Shown here: in pieces, positions 60,776 through 64,000 of the stretch | How the letters are laid out: each line of letters begins with the position of its first letter | Position numbering within the stretch: position 1 is the stretch's first letter | Assembly: GCA_964016885.1 (NCBI GenBank) | Contig: OZ024745.1 | Coordinates: forward strand, 56,544,001-56,608,000 | DNA from: Eledone cirrhosa | Taxonomy: Eukaryota | Reading direction: 5' to 3' | DNA: 64,000 nucleotides | Notes under the pieces: generated by a model | What the model saw: the letters and a program-made list of their open reading frames with translations, nothing else | Database searches by the model: none | What the model was told of the DNA's origin: nothing | Program-made: the position numbers and the translations under genes

Positions 60776-63700
60776 ACTGGATGTGGAGGCAGGACACAAG
60801 AGTTACCATCACAACCGCTCCCTTCTGTGATAGAGACAGTATCATCTCAAAACGACATCACCGCCACCACCACCGCCACCACCACCACAACAACAACACA
60901 GAACAACAACGACAGCCTCAATGTAAACACTGTTGGCGGTGCCAACAGCAACATCAAACAAAACAACAACAACAACACCAACAACAACAACACCAATAAG
61001 GACAACACCAACAACAAGAGCAATGGAGGCGCCACATTTCCAGCAGCCGCAGCGAAAACAAAGCACTTATTCAATGTAGATATTAGCGATAAGGAACAAC
61101 AATTGGCCCAGGCGTGGAGGTTAATTAAACGAGAGAAGTCCTGGGCAAACCTAACCATCCCGGACGAGGCAATAGCAGCCATGCAAAGGAGGACGGTGTA
61201 CTTTCGATGCATTTCAGTGCAGACACGCAAAGTGGAACTCGCCAGCCAAGTAGAAGTCGAGGCTCCTTTAAAGTGCACCGGAAGTGACATCGAGTACAAA
61301 GAAAAGTACCAAGCAATTCGATACCATCTCGGTACTGTTCAAAACCGAGGCCCTTGCTTTTATGCACTCTGTGACCCGCTGCAGAACGGAACGCATTATA
61401 ATACACCCGTTCTACACGGGAAAAAGGACAGTAAAACTCAGCATTCTCAGGATCCCACCAGGAATCAACATATGGTGGCTCCTGGGATGCGTAATCGAGG
61501 AGGGGACAGACACTTCCCTCCTAGATATCGAAAGGACACAGAGAGAAGACAGGTCCGGAATGGATTTGAAGATTCTTTTCCAAATGAAACCAGAGGACAT
61601 CAACAGCGTCCCGCGTTTTGCTGCCTGCAGGACGGGACAACAATCCAATTAATCACTGAGGGAAGAGGCCGCACTGCTTCATCTGCGGGGAAGCAACGAA
61701 TCTGCAAGCCTTCTGCCCTAAACTCAAAGATGCAGGGGATCGCAAACCTCGTTTTGCTGCCAAAGCCAGTGTTAGCAGGGAAAGCTGCACCACCACCACC
61801 AAAAACAACACCAACAATGACATGGGTAACCCGACCAACATCAAAAACACCCGGACCACCACCAGTACCGAAACCAATCCAAGGGGAAAACGAGGAAAGC
61901 TCTCCCACCAACCCTACCCCTCCAATTATACACGTAGACGAAACCATAAATGCACACACAGACTCAGATACACTCACAGCCACAGACCATTCCAACAGTG
62001 AAGATGAAGGAAAACCCAAAAGGGCCAAAAAAAAACAAAAGAGAAAATTCACAAAAAGCCCCAACAAAACACAAAAGCATACACAGCAAAATACAGACAC
62101 CACTAACACAAACACTTCCCCAATAACATCAACACCATCCCCACAATCCCCGAGACGCAAACAACCTAAACAAACACAAGTACAAATAAACATACAGACA
62201 CCTGAAATTGCAGACACCACCTCCAACAACAAACACAGACACCCTAAACAACAACACCAAAACCATCAACACCACAGTCACTAAAAGGAAAACAAATAAA
62301 CCCACACCAACAAAACATTAAAACTTCGTGCTTGTCAGAAGGGCCAATAATAAATTGACGGCCCTCTTAGCACGAAGCGAGGACATTCAAACAGAGGGGG
62401 CGCTCTTTGAATTGGTCACATTTTGCGTGCCAGAAGATTTGTTTCTGGTGCGTATGTCGCTCGATTCCTACAAATAAATTCGAGATAGCTTTCCTCAAGA
62501 CGTGGGAACATCGAACGTGAAACCCACATCGAGACTTTTAAAGGGGTTCCCAAAAGAAACCCCACCAACCATGGAGATTCGAACCACCCGACCTTCACAA
62601 GATCCAGGGAGCTAAGTAAACCTTCCCTCTCTCTTTTAGCTTACCAACATGGCCATATTAAGAGTAGGAAATTTAAATTTTCGCGGCCTGGAAGCAAGGT
62701 CGCCCTTCAACGACCTCAGTTCACTGGAAATGGATGTGACTGCCGTCAACGAGACCAGAATTTCTGACACGCGCGCAATAGCCCCTATTTTCGACGACTA
62801 TCAGATCTTCGCATCTGTTAGCAGGCCGGGAATGGGATGTGGGGTGGCAGTGCTGTTTAGGATAGGCCTGGATCTCGAGGTAAGGTCGATCTTCTGGGAC
62901 CCGGACGGTAAGTTGGTGGTCTTGGATGTGAGCAGTAGCGAAGGATGTGCCTTTAGACTGCTGGCTGTCTACGCCCCTCCTGTGGCCGGACGACCGGACT
63001 TCTTTAGGCGCCTGGAAACCTTTCTGGGTACGTCTCGCCCTTTACGGTTAGCGGGGGACAGGAACGGCATCTTAGACGCACGCTGGGATTGTGTGGGAGT
63101 AGCTGATAGGAGCGGTGGGTGCAAAAGCCTCAAGCACCTAATCAGCCAGTTCCAACTGTCTGACAGGTATCGACTAGATTTCCCCAATGCGCCAGTGTGG
63201 ACCAACCGCATAGGGTCATTTAGATCGTATATAGACAGGATCTTCATTAGGAAATAGATAGAAATAATGTAGGCTGCTCAGTTTTTAAAACGGTCGCCTA
63301 TTCAGAGAAGAAATTTGTGATCTGTGTAGTCGACCTAGATAAAACGCGTAGGTTGGAACCGGGTTGCTAGAAGCTGAACATGTCATTTCCGGCACATAAG
63401 GCTCACAGGGACCGAGTCAACAATTTAGTTAAACAAAAGTTGACAGGGTAGTCGCCGTTTATTAGACGAGCCTTTCCGCAGCTCATTTCTTTGACTGAGC
63501 TGCAGTCCTGGGTCAAGAAGAGACCGAGACTGGGTGACTGGCACCGCAATGTTGCCAGGAACTCACTGCCCTCTACCAAGCGGGCAATGCGATCAGTGGA
63601 ACTTCCACTCTCGAGTTCTACAGAGGATTAGTGGTTGGCAAGCGCGATGACGCACTCGGAGAAGCTTTGGGCCTCGACGAAGTCGAACTGACCAGTCTTT

Positions 63701-64000
63701 TCGCGCCGGGGACGATGGCCAATTTCCAGAAATCCCTGGCTTGGCAGTGCTACCGCGGGATACTGCTGATTCAGGATAAACTCTACAGGCACGGAAGTGC
63801 TGTCAGACGGACCTGCCCAAGATGCGCACAGAACGACGAAACCGTTCTGCACGCACTTGTTCAATGTCCGTGCATTACTGACTTATGGATTTATGTCGAA
63901 CCGCTACTATTGCGTGTGGTACGAATCCGGCTATCGGCCGAGTCCATAGTGAAGATCGACCTACCGCCTTCGTTAGGTCAGGAAGAGCAGGACATTTTCC
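60776..64000 (+). mobile_element. Further Tx1 copy or copies: ORF1 remnant, ORF2 endonuclease (62649-63257) and, after a large deletion, the zf-RVT region
   Basis: Low-complexity ORF1-like frame; MAILRVGNLNFRGL; CPRCAQNDETVLHALVQC near 63814-63870. Confidence 0.75.

Noticed and set aside
60383-62284. 633-aa ORF as a novel protein
   Set aside because: It is a chance in-frame fusion of a truncated Tx1 endonuclease with another copy's low-complexity, frameshifted ORF1 region.

Overview
AT-rich animal genomic DNA full of (TA)n/(CA)n microsatellites; it is probably from a cephalopod (Octopus-like SINE), which is an inference. I found no host gene. The window is almost entirely mobile-element DNA: R4-like, RTE-like and Tx1 non-LTR retrotransposons, a deleted mariner, a Chapaev3-like DNA transposon, tRNA-derived SINEs and several Penelope-like element (PLE) families. 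The main signal is a dense set of minimal type I hammerhead ribozyme (HHR) motifs, about 30 near-canonical copies in about 10 families. Most lie in insertions with one shared design: two arms joined at their 5' ends, with both 3' ends in a (TA)n tract. The extreme case is 34061-40537, about 14 apparently identical 466-bp non-coding monomers with one HHR each. Six copies lie on the - strand and about 7.9 on the + strand, joined by a 2-bp microhomology. This looks like a retrozyme circular RNA copied by rolling-circle reverse transcription from both sides of one break. A short relative at 29141-29381 has the same two end points, and a second retrozyme-like family with a 523-bp monomer lies at 28195-29017. 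All motifs were folded by eye, and no ribozyme activity is demonstrated.
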